NCBI GenBank assembly: GCA_034521595.1
Contig: JAXHMG010000003.1
Location: 1,184,001 to 1,248,000 of the forward strand
DNA from: Gemmatimonadota bacterium
GTDB lineage: Bacteria; Gemmatimonadota; Gemmatimonadetes; Longimicrobiales; Gaopeijiaceae
Length of the DNA: 64,000 bases
Direction: 5' to 3'
Positions 12,212 to 20,541 of this stretch are shown piece after piece (position 1 is the first letter of the stretch; the number at the start of each line of letters is the position of its first letter). The translations under genes were made by a program, and so were the position numbers. Below the pieces are notes generated by a model. The model did not search any database and had not been told where the DNA came from. It worked only from the letters and a program-made list of their open reading frames with translations.

Positions 12212-14753
12212 AGGTCGGAGAGGACGTCGCACGCGGGGGAAGCCCGGCAAGAAGAAGGCAGCGGACGGTGGAAGGTCGAACGCTGCCGAGGCCGCCGCTC
12301 CAGCCTCCGGAGGGCAGGGGGGCGTTCCGCTCTGGGTTCCCGTCATCCTTTTCTCGGGTCTCGCCGTCTTCGCGTTCCGCGAGTTCATCTTCAGCGACCG
12401 GATGCTCTTCGGAAGCGATACGCTCGGTCTCGGGTACGTCGCGAGGGCATTCTACGCCGAAGCCCTGAAGGAGCTTGGAGCCATACCTGGATGGGCCCCC
12501 GAGATCCTCGGCGGCACGCCCTTCCTGGAAGCGCTTTCCGGTGGCGATTCCCTGTACCCACCCTCGCTCGCCCTGCTTCTGGCACTGGAACCCTACCGGG
12601 CTCTGGGATGGAAGCTGGTGCTCCACGTCGGCGCGGCGGGCTTCTTCATGTTCGGCTGGGTTCGGGCCATCGGAGCTTCGCGTGGCGCCGCGCTCTTCGC
12701 CGGAACCGCCTACATGCTCGCCCCGTTCTTCGTGAGCCTGGTCCACCCCGGACATGACGGAAAGATCTTCGTGACGGCGCTCGCGCCGCTCCTGTTCTGG
12801 GCGGTGGAGCGTCATTTCCGGAATCCGGGCCTGAGAACCTTCGCCGCCACGGCACTGGTCGTGGGATTGATCATCCTGACGACGCACTTCCAGATGGCCT
12901 ACTTTCTCTTCGGGGGTGTGGGCCTGTTCGCGATCTTCCGGACGGTTCAGCTTTGGCGGGACCAGAAGTCGGACGGGAATGGGGAGGCCGCGTCCGGCCG
13001 AGCGCGATCGTTCCGCCCCGCCACGGCCCGCTTCGGGCTGTTCCTGGGGGCGGCCGTGGTGGGCGCCGGAGTGGGTGGTGTACAGCTCCTTCCCGCCGCG
13101 GACTACGTGACGGAGCATTCCCGGCGCGTCCAGACCACCCGCGCGGCCGCCGGCGAGACCGGAGTGGACTGGTCGAGCTCATGGTCCATCCACCCGGAGG
13201 AAGCACTCTCCCTGGTCGTGCCGGAGTTCGCGGGGAACAACGCCGGTGGAGCTGCATGGGCCGAAAACGGATATTGGGGCCGCAATCCGTTCAAGGACAA
13301 CCACGAATACGCGGGTCTCGTCGTCCTGCTCCTCGCGGCCGCGTCGTTCGTCGGCGGTGCCCGGCCTCGGCTCCGAGGGTTCTTCGCGGGGCTCGGCCTC
13401 CTCGCGCTTCTCTTCGCATTGGGCGCGAACACACCCGTGTGGCGCATCTTCTACGAGATCGTGCCTGGAATCCGGCTCTTTCGTGCCCCGTCACAAGCCG
13501 TCTTCCTCTTCGGATTCGCGGTCGTGACGCTGGCCGCGCTGGGGCTGGACCGGCTCCTGCGCTTGTCACGGGACCCCGAGGATCCCGGATGGCGCCCCAT
13601 GCTCAAGGTTCTGGGTGGTGCGGCCGGGGCGGTCGCTCTCCTCGCGCTCCTCATCAGCTCGGGCAGCTTCACCACGGTGTGGACGTCCACGATCTACCCC
13701 GGGATCCAACCCCGGAACTTGGAAACCATGCGCGGTCTGCTTCCGTCGATGACGAGCGGCGCGTGGCTCGCGTTCCTTCTCGCCGGGGCCGTCTTCGGAT
13801 TGGCGTGGGGTAGCCGGGCCGGCCGCTGGGGACCTCGAGTCCTCCTGGTCGGGCTCGTGACGCTCGCTGCCGTCGATGCGCTCAGGATCGACCACGTCTT
13901 CATCGAGACGCTCGACTTCCACGAGTGGTCCGCACCCGATCGGAACGTCCAAGCGGTGTTGGAGCGGGAACGGGAGAGCGACGAGCCGTACCGCCTTCTC
14001 TCGCTCCGACGTTCCGGCCAAGACGTCTTGCCGGCTCTCCACGGCATCGAGTTAGCGGCTGGACACCATCCGAATGACCTGGCTCGCTATCGTGAGTTGA
14101 TCGGAATGGTGGGATCTTCGTTCCCGGAGAACCTGCTGAACCCGAACATCCGCCGCATTCTGAACGTGCGTTATCTACTTTGGCCGGACTATGAGATCGG
14201 GCAGTCCGTGGACGGTCCGGTCCTCTCGCGCACGACGCTCTCGGACGGGCGCCCCTACGAAACCATGTTGACGGACGTGGGCCTCCCGCGCGCGCGACTG
14301 GTGGGCTCGGCGGTGGTGAAAGAGGACGGCGAAGCCGTGCCGTACATGCTGTCCGACGCATTCGACCCCGAGGGCGAGGTGGTTCTGCCGGCCCCCCCGC
14401 CCGTCGACCTACCCGGCGCGCCGGTACGGGGCGAGGTCCGCTGGGTTGAGCGGAATCCCAATACTCTGCGCCTCGAAGTCGAATCCGACGCCCCGGCGCT
14501 GCTGGTCGTAGCGGACAACTGGTTTCCGGCCTGGCAAGCCGTCGTGAACGGGACCGAAGCGCCCGTCCTCCGGGCCTACCATACCTTGCGAGCCGTGCCC
14601 GTCCCCGAAGGAAGCTCCACCGTGGAGATGACCTACCGCTCCTCGCTCGTTTCGTGGAGCGCCTGGCTCAGCGCCATCCTCACCGCCGGGCTCTTACTCG
14701 CGCTCGCCGTGAGCACCGTGGGACGGCGGTGGCGACCGGGCGGCGGGTCCTGA
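12204..14753 (+). CDS. YfhO-family multi-pass membrane protein (putative GT-C glycosyltransferase)
   Basis: Many TM segments; N-terminal P-W-P...GGTPF...LYPP; C-terminal LVVADNWFPAWQAVVNG...RAYHTLRAVPVPEG typical of the YfhO family. Confidence 0.82.
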   Translation: MAEGRRGRRTRGKPGKKKAADGGRSNAAEAAAPASGGQGGVPLWVPVILFSGLAVFAFREFIFSDRMLFGSDTLGLGYVARAFYAEALKELGAIPGWAPEILGGTPFLEALSGGDSLYPPSLALLLALEPYRALGWKLVLHVGAAGFFMFGWVRAIGASRGAALFAGTAYMLAPFFVSLVHPGHDGKIFVTALAPLLFWAVERHFRNPGLRTFAATALVVGLIILTTHFQMAYFLFGGVGLFAIFRTVQLWRDQKSDGNGEAASGRARSFRPATARFGLFLGAAVVGAGVGGVQLLPAADYVTEHSRRVQTTRAAAGETGVDWSSSWSIHPEEALSLVVPEFAGNNAGGAAWAENGYWGRNPFKDNHEYAGLVVLLLAAASFVGGARPRLRGFFAGLGLLALLFALGANTPVWRIFYEIVPGIRLFRAPSQAVFLFGFAVVTLAALGLDRLLRLSRDPEDPGWRPMLKVLGGAAGAVALLALLISSGSFTTVWTSTIYPGIQPRNLETMRGLLPSMTSGAWLAFLLAGAVFGLAWGSRAGRWGPRVLLVGLVTLAAVDALRIDHVFIETLDFHEWSAPDRNVQAVLERERESDEPYRLLSLRRSGQDVLPALHGIELAAGHHPNDLARYRELIGMVGSSFPENLLNPNIRRILNVRYLLWPDYEIGQSVDGPVLSRTTLSDGRPYETMLTDVGLPRARLVGSAVVKEDGEAVPYMLSDAFDPEGEVVLPAPPPVDLPGAPVRGEVRWVERNPNTLRLEVESDAPALLVVADNWFPAWQAVVNGTEAPVLRAYHTLRAVPVPEGSSTVEMTYRSSLVSWSAWLSAILTAGLLLALAVSTVGRRWRPGGGS

Positions 14754-15673
14754 AGCGGTGGGGGCTGCGCGCCGGGCAATGGCTCCTCACGGGCCTCGTG
14801 ACCTGGTTCATCGTATCGCGCGTCGGATTGGGGGTCGAAGAGCTGCGCGCCCTCGAAACCCGGACATGGCGACCTCATCCCGGGCCATTCGTCGCTTCCG
14901 TCGTGGTGCTCGCACTGGGATACTTCACCTCGGCCGGCATCTGGGGGCGCGTAGTGCGGGACCTGGGCGGTCCTTCGTTGTCGACCCATCGCGCAATCTC
15001 GATCTTCATGGTCGCCAACCTGGGACGGTACGTGCCCGGCAAGGTGTGGCAGATCGCAGGCCTCGCCGCGCTGTCCCGGAACGCCGGAGTGCCCGTGGCT
15101 ACCGCCACGGCCGCGGCGGTAGCGGGGCAGGGCGTCGCGCTCATCGCCGCCGGGCTGCTGGGCACGATCACCTTCATCGGCGGTCCTCCACCATACGCGA
15201 CCTGGGGCACGGTGGCTCTGGTGGTGCTGCTCGGACTCCTTCTCCTCGCTTCCATCCCCCGCGTGTACGCAACCGTCCTGGGCGCCTGGTTCCGGCTCGC
15301 CCGGACCGAGGAACCGCGGGCGCTTCCAAGGGCTCAGGTCCTCCGTTGGCTCGCGCTGTACCTGCTCAACTGGCTCATTTATGCCGCCGCGTTCTGGCTC
15401 CTGACCATGAGCTTCGGCCTCCGAGGATCCCCCGTGGCGGTCGGCTCGTCGTTCGCGGCCGCCTACGTGCTCGGGTACGTCATGGTTTTCGCGCCCGCGG
15501 GCCTGGGGCCTCGGGAGGGTTTCCTCATCGCCTTCCTGACACCCCAGTTCGGAGGTGGAGCCGCCGGCATGATCGCCATCGTCGCCCGCCTGTGGACGAC
15601 GCTGGTGGAAGTCGTCCCGGCTGCCGTGCTCTGGATGATCGGAAGAACGGGGAGGCCCGAGCGTGACGAGTGA
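14729..15673 (+). CDS. Lysylphosphatidylglycerol-synthase TM / UPF0104 flippase-like membrane protein
   Basis: ANLGRYVPGKVW, APAGLGPREG, ARLWTTLVE. Start is uncertain (GTG 14654, GTG 14729 or CTG 14750). Confidence 0.78.
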   Translation: MATGRRVLKRWGLRAGQWLLTGLVTWFIVSRVGLGVEELRALETRTWRPHPGPFVASVVVLALGYFTSAGIWGRVVRDLGGPSLSTHRAISIFMVANLGRYVPGKVWQIAGLAALSRNAGVPVATATAAAVAGQGVALIAAGLLGTITFIGGPPPYATWGTVALVVLLGLLLLASIPRVYATVLGAWFRLARTEEPRALPRAQVLRWLALYLLNWLIYAAAFWLLTMSFGLRGSPVAVGSSFAAAYVLGYVMVFAPAGLGPREGFLIAFLTPQFGGGAAGMIAIVARLWTTLVEVVPAAVLWMIGRTGRPERDE

Positions 15674-16391
15674 AGGACGCTTCCTGGTCATCGTGCCGAC
15701 GTACAACGAGATCGAAAGCCTGCCACGGAAGGCTCCGAAGATCCTGGAGCAGGACGAACGAATCGATCTCCTGGTCGTGGATGACGCCTCCCCGGACGGC
15801 ACCGGCGCGCTCGCCGAAGACCTCGCCGCGCAGGACCCGCGTGTGCACGTGCTGCACCGGCCCGGGAAGGAAGGCCTCGGCCCCGCCTATCTGGCCGGCT
15901 TCCGGTGGGGTCTCGACCGGGGATACGCCCTGCTGTTCGAGACGGACGCCGATATATCCCACCCTCCCGACGCGCTGCCGCGAATGATCGACCTCGCCTC
16001 GACCCACGACGTCGTGATCGGATCCCGATACGTGGATGGCCGCGTGACGGTCTCCAACTGGCCCATGACCCGACTCCTGGTCTCCTACTTCGGGTCGTGG
16101 TACGCCCGGATCATCACCGGCATGCCCGTACGGGACGCCACCGGCGGATTCATGTGCTGGCGACGCGCAGTCCTCGAGGAAGTGGACCTCTCACGGGTGC
16201 GGTCCAACGGATACGCATTCCAGATCGAGCTCAAATACAGGGCGTACCGCAAAGGGTTCTCGCTAGTCGAGTTCCCGATCCTCTTCACGGAGCGAGACTA
16301 TGGGGAATCCAAAATGTCGAAGAAGATCGTCCGGGAGGCGATCTGGCGGGTCTGGTGGCTCCGAATCCAGGCATTGACGGGACGGCTCTGA
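15663..16391 (+). CDS. Polyprenol monophosphomannose synthase-like GT2 (Dpm1/Ppm1 type)
   Basis: IVPTYNE, VDDASPDGTG, KEGLGPAYLAGF, DADISHPP, IGSRYV, SNGYAFQIE, GESKMS. Confidence 0.9.
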   Translation: MTSEGRFLVIVPTYNEIESLPRKAPKILEQDERIDLLVVDDASPDGTGALAEDLAAQDPRVHVLHRPGKEGLGPAYLAGFRWGLDRGYALLFETDADISHPPDALPRMIDLASTHDVVIGSRYVDGRVTVSNWPMTRLLVSYFGSWYARIITGMPVRDATGGFMCWRRAVLEEVDLSRVRSNGYAFQIELKYRAYRKGFSLVEFPILFTERDYGESKMSKKIVREAIWRVWWLRIQALTGRL

Positions 16392-16392
16392 G

Positions 16393-17157
16393 ATGAGCGA
16401 TCCTCGACGCATCGGCCGGGAATACTACGACTCCAGCGACTACTTCGACGGAAGGGATGCACGCCATATCGTCGACGTCGACAGTCGATTCCAGCGATAC
16501 CGGGTCGAGAAGGTTCTCGAGATTCACGCCCCCCAGCCAGGCGACCGGATCGTCGACCTCGGCTGCGGATGGGGCACGTTCTCCTTCGCCCTCGCCGCGC
16601 GCGGCTGTCAGGTCATCGGTGTGGACTTCAGCCGACGCTCGATCGACTTCTGTGAGGCCCGCCGCGCGGCGCTTCCTCCCGGGCAAAGAGAGCGACTCTC
16701 ATTCCTCCGTGCCGACGGAGGAGAGACGGGGCTGAACCCGGATTCCTACGACCTCGTGCTGGCAGCCGATCTGTTCGAGCACCTGTATCCCGAGGACTCC
16801 GAGCGCGTCGTGCGTGAAGCATACCGGCTCCTTACCCCCGGAGGTCGCTTCAGCGTTTGGACGCCCCACCGGGGACACATCCTCGAAGTACTCAAGAACC
16901 GCGGGATCATTCTGAAGCCGGACATCACGCACGTGGACTACAAGTCGATGGACCGGATGCGATCCCTCCTGCAAGAAGCCGGATTCGAGATCGAGAAGGC
17001 CTACTACGCCGAATCACACGTCCCCATCCTCCGACGGGCGGAACGGGTATTGCAACGATGGGTTCCAATATTGAGACGCCGCATCGCGATCCTGGGCCGG
17101 AAACCACGGACGTCTGAAGCGACCCGGACGGATCATCCGAACCAGGGGAGCCCGTGA
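16393..17157 (+). CDS. Class I SAM-dependent methyltransferase
   Basis: IVDLGCGWG, GVDFS, DLFEHL, LTPGGRF. Confidence 0.88.
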   Translation: MSDPRRIGREYYDSSDYFDGRDARHIVDVDSRFQRYRVEKVLEIHAPQPGDRIVDLGCGWGTFSFALAARGCQVIGVDFSRRSIDFCEARRAALPPGQRERLSFLRADGGETGLNPDSYDLVLAADLFEHLYPEDSERVVREAYRLLTPGGRFSVWTPHRGHILEVLKNRGIILKPDITHVDYKSMDRMRSLLQEAGFEIEKAYYAESHVPILRRAERVLQRWVPILRRRIAILGRKPRTSEATRTDHPNQGSP

Positions 17158-17197
17158 GGATGCGCAAACACGGCTCTGGACACGGTGGTGTGAGAAC

Positions 17198-17698
17198 GTG
17201 AGCTGGGAGATCGAGCGACGCTATCTCGTACGGGTTCCACCCGAGGCGTGGAGCGGATTCGGTGAAGGGCGTCACCTGCGACAAGGATACGTGGTCGCCG
17301 GTCCCAAGACCGTGCGCATCCGCTCCGGCGAGGAACGCGGGTTCGTGCTCACGTGCAAGCGCGGCTCCGGAATTCGCCGTGAGGAAGTCGAAGCCGTGGT
17401 CGCCCCCGACATGGCCGAGGCCCTGTTCGAGGCGGCCGAAGACCGGATCATCGAGAAGGTCCGCCACCGACTCGGACCATGGGAGCTCGACCGGTTCCTC
17501 GGGGCTCTCGAAGGCCTGCACCTGCTCGAGATCGAACTGGACGCCCCGGACGCGGCCGTACCATCTCCGCCCGCAGAGATCTCGATCCTGCGTGAGGTCA
17601 CAGACGATAACCGGTTTGTTAGCAGTATGTTGGCATCGATGACTCCAGATCACCAACGAAGCTGGGTTCGCGGGGTCTATCGAGAGGTGGACCAGTGA
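17198..17698 (+). CDS. CYTH-domain protein (triphosphate tunnel metalloenzyme)
   Basis: EIERRYLV, RQGY, VRIR, EKVRH, WELDRF, LLEIEL, REVTDD. Confidence 0.85.
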   Translation: MSWEIERRYLVRVPPEAWSGFGEGRHLRQGYVVAGPKTVRIRSGEERGFVLTCKRGSGIRREEVEAVVAPDMAEALFEAAEDRIIEKVRHRLGPWELDRFLGALEGLHLLEIELDAPDAAVPSPPAEISILREVTDDNRFVSSMLASMTPDHQRSWVRGVYREVDQ

Positions 17699-18270
17699 TT
17701 CCGCGCCGAGCTCTGCGGGATATCGGTGGGAGCGCCGCCGTCCTCCTGGCCGTGGGCGGCTGCACCATGGTCGGCTCGCCGGAGCTGGTCTCACCACCAC
17801 CCGCGCCCGACGAGATCGCGGACGCGGTTCCTCGCGCCGAGCCGCCCAGTGCGTCGGGAAACATGGCACAATACGAGCAACGGGGACGTGTATACCGGGT
17901 GCTCGACAGCTCGTACGGATATGACGAACGGGGCGTCGCGTCCTGGTACGGCGAAGCGTTCCAAGGCCGGCCGACCAGTAGCGGAGAGCCGTACGACATG
18001 AACCTCATGACGGCCGCGCACCGGACGTTGCCGCTTCCGTCGTACGTGGAGGTCACGAACCTCAACAACGGGCGGAAAGCGGTGGTCCGGGTCAATGACC
18101 GGGGACCGTTTCACGACCCGGACGAACGGATCATCGACGTTTCGTACGCCGCGGCCAGGAAGCTCGGAATGGTCGGCTCCGGCACGGCCGCTGTAAGGGT
18201 CCGGGCCATCGAGCCATGGCAGAGGAGGACCGCGGCGGGTGAGAGGGATGGGGATGGACGACGTTTTTGA
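17695..18270 (+). CDS. rlpA: Septal ring lytic transglycosylase RlpA (lipoprotein, no SPOR domain)
   Basis: Lipobox-like VGGC; GVASWYG, TSSGEPYDM, TAAHRTLPLPSYVEVTN, VNDRGPF, IIDVSYAAA. Confidence 0.92.
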   Translation: MIPRRALRDIGGSAAVLLAVGGCTMVGSPELVSPPPAPDEIADAVPRAEPPSASGNMAQYEQRGRVYRVLDSSYGYDERGVASWYGEAFQGRPTSSGEPYDMNLMTAAHRTLPLPSYVEVTNLNNGRKAVVRVNDRGPFHDPDERIIDVSYAAARKLGMVGSGTAAVRVRAIEPWQRRTAAGERDGDGRRF

Positions 18271-18319
18271 CGAGGTCGAGGCAGCAAGCCCGCACAGCAC
18301 CCTGAGTGCGCCCGCCTCA

Positions 18320-18347
18320 ATGCAACATAATATGTATTATGCGAACC
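18320..18347 (-). other. dif-like XerC/XerD recombination site
   Basis: Minus strand reads GGTTCGCATAA-TACATA-TTATGTTGCAT, compared with E. coli dif GGTGCGCATAA-TGTATA-TTATGTTAAAT. It is intergenic, between convergent genes. Confidence 0.85.
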
Positions 18348-18393
18348 AGGAGGCCGAAATCGAACTGAGACTGAGATGGAATAGGTCCTGCGA

Positions 18394-19089
18394 TCAGGTC
18401 CCTTGGCGAACCTCGAGCTCGGCGATCCGCATCTCGAAGAGGCCGCGCCGGGGGTCGTCCTCGTCCATCCCCGAAAGCGCCCGCTCGTAGAGATCGATCG
18501 CGCCTTCGGGGTCATCCTCCTGAGCACGGATCCGCGCGGCGCTCGCCAGAGCTTCCTCCACCTGGAACGATAGCTCGGAGCGGTCCGCGATCGTCAGATA
18601 CGTCTCCTCGGCTTCGGACCACCGCTCGTTCTGCTCGTAGGCCTTGGCCAAGAGCATGGCACCCTGAAGCTCGATGGGCTCACGCGGCCCGCCCCCCAGA
18701 GGCTCGAGGACGGCCAGAGCCTGCTCGGCGTCACCGCCTTCGAGGTACAGCTCGCCCAGCAACAGACGGGCTTCTCCCTCGTAGGCCGTCCCACCGTACT
18801 GCTCCATGAAGGTGATCAGCTGGTCGCGCGCGCCCTGCCGGTCCTCGATCCCGATCGACTGGTGAATCGTCTCGAGTTGCTGCGCGGCCTGTTCGTTCAG
18901 TGACCGGCGATAGCTGCCGTAGTAGACGACCCCGGCGATCGCGATCACGAGGAGCACCCCGAGGATGGTCATCACCTGCTGGTTCGCCTGGGCCCATCGG
19001 CCAAGCTCGAGCACACGGGCGATGAAGAGGTCGTCCGGTTCGCCCTGGCCTTCCTTGGTCCGGTCCTGGCCGGGTCGACGCTTGGCCAT
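18394..19089 (-). CDS. Membrane-anchored TPR protein (YfgM-like)
   Basis: Short N-terminus, one TM helix (ILGVLLVIAIAGVVYY), then TPR-like helices (YGGTAYEGEARLLLGELY). Confidence 0.75.
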   Translation of the reverse strand: MAKRRPGQDRTKEGQGEPDDLFIARVLELGRWAQANQQVMTILGVLLVIAIAGVVYYGSYRRSLNEQAAQQLETIHQSIGIEDRQGARDQLITFMEQYGGTAYEGEARLLLGELYLEGGDAEQALAVLEPLGGGPREPIELQGAMLLAKAYEQNERWSEAEETYLTIADRSELSFQVEEALASAARIRAQEDDPEGAIDLYERALSGMDEDDPRRGLFEMRIAELEVRQGT

Positions 19090-19151
19090 ATGAAAGGATT
19101 CCACTGGGGTTGGAGGCAAGACGCCACACCACACCTGGTGAAGCGGCAGAA

Positions 19152-19180
19152 AAGCTAGGTGCGACGCCGAAGCCGGTCAA
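19152..19180 (-). promoter_or_regulatory. sigma70-type promoter for the TPR gene
   Basis: TTGACC-N17-TAGCTT on the minus strand. Confidence 0.6.
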
Positions 19181-19273
19181 CGAGACGACCTGTCCGCGGT
19201 CCCCGACCCGGTGGCACGAGTCCGCGGGACAGGCGACCTTTTCCTCCGAGCCCACACCTTTCAAGGAGTCACG

Positions 19274-19645
19274 ATGGATCGGATCTTTCTGGGTCTCGGC
19301 GCCACTTTGGCCGGCCTCGCGGTTGCCTTGGGCGCGTTCGGAGCACACGCCCTCCGGGCGAGCCTCGGCGCCGACGACCTCGCGACCTTCGAGACCGGGG
19401 TCCGCTACCACATGTACCACGCTTTGGCGCTCCTCGCCGTGGCCTGGGCTGCCGCGCGGTGGCCCGCTGCCACGTCGCTGACAGTGGCCGGCTGGTCGTT
19501 CGTCGTCGGGGTGCTGGTGTTCTCGGGGAGTCTCTACCTGCTCGTGCTCACCGGACAGCGCTGGCTCGGGGCCGTCACTCCGCTCGGCGGCCTCGCGTTT
19601 CTCCTGGGATGGATCCTCTTCGCTTGGGCGGCCTTCCGCGCATGA
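19274..19645 (+). CDS. DUF423 / YgdD-family membrane protein
   Basis: ALGAFGAH, FETGVRYHMYHAL, FSGSLY, GAVTPLGG; AAGGAG Shine-Dalgarno before ATG 19274. Confidence 0.9.
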   Translation: MDRIFLGLGATLAGLAVALGAFGAHALRASLGADDLATFETGVRYHMYHALALLAVAWAAARWPAATSLTVAGWSFVVGVLVFSGSLYLLVLTGQRWLGAVTPLGGLAFLLGWILFAWAAFRA

Positions 19646-20451
19646 GTGAGCCGCTCGTCGCGCGCGCACGGTCTCTGCTCTCCGCCGCGCACCGGGTGAC
19701 GGTCCTGACCGGTGCCGGAATCTCTGCCGAGTCCGGCATTCCGACCTTCCGGGGCGAAGCGGGACTCTGGCGCTCCCATCGACCGGAGGAGCTCGCCACC
19801 CCGGAGGCCTTTCGGCGCGACCCGGAGCTCGTCTGGTCGTGGTACGCGTGGCGTCGGTCCATCGTGGCTGCGTGCGAGCCCAACGACGGCCACCTCGCTC
19901 TCGCGCGCTTCGCGCTCGAGCACGAGGCCGTCACCCTCGTCACGCAAAACGTGGACGGGCTCCACCACCGCGCCGCGGTCGCCGAAGCGGACGGTCGCGC
20001 CCCCGAGCCGGCCTATCCATGGGAGCTCCACGGATCCTTGCTAAGGGACCGGTGCTTCGACTGTAACCGTCAGTCCGACGCCGTTTTACATTCCTACGAC
20101 GCGGAAGACGCCGGGAGTCCGAGCGGCCCGAACGAAACGGACCGCTCGAGCGTGACGATTCCGCGTTGCGATTCCTGCGGCGGGCTCCTCCGCCCCGATG
20201 TCGTCTGGTTCGGAGAGGTGCTTCCCACGGCCGCACTCGAGAGCGCGTTCGAGGCTGCGGCCGCGTCGGATGTCTGCCTCGTGGTCGGCACCAGCGCCCT
20301 CGTACACCCGGCCGCGTCGATTCCCAGAGCCACGTTGCGCGCGGGCCGGCCGGTCATCGAGGTCAACCTCGAGCCCACGGCCCTCTCGCCCTTCGCGGAG
20401 GTCTCGCTCATGGGCGAGGCCGGAGCCACCCTGCCCGACCTTCTGCGCTGA
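19642..20451 (+). CDS. cobB: NAD-dependent protein deacylase (sirtuin)
   Basis: TGAGISAESGIPTFRG, TQNVDGLH, ELHGS, two CxxC pairs, LRPDVVWFGE, VGTS. Confidence 0.93.
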   Translation: MSEPLVARARSLLSAAHRVTVLTGAGISAESGIPTFRGEAGLWRSHRPEELATPEAFRRDPELVWSWYAWRRSIVAACEPNDGHLALARFALEHEAVTLVTQNVDGLHHRAAVAEADGRAPEPAYPWELHGSLLRDRCFDCNRQSDAVLHSYDAEDAGSPSGPNETDRSSVTIPRCDSCGGLLRPDVVWFGEVLPTAALESAFEAAAASDVCLVVGTSALVHPAASIPRATLRAGRPVIEVNLEPTALSPFAEVSLMGEAGATLPDLLR

Positions 20452-20541
20452 TCAGCACGCGGTACCGATGCACGGCCTCCCGGCCTATACTTGTCCTTGT
20501 ATTTGATGAATTGCGTCCGTGTCCCGTCTCTCCGGTAATCG

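Noticed and set aside
19212..19226. TGGCACG sigma-54-like element upstream of the DUF423 gene
   Set aside because: The GC dinucleotide is 9 nt rather than 10 nt from the GG, and there is no TTGC.
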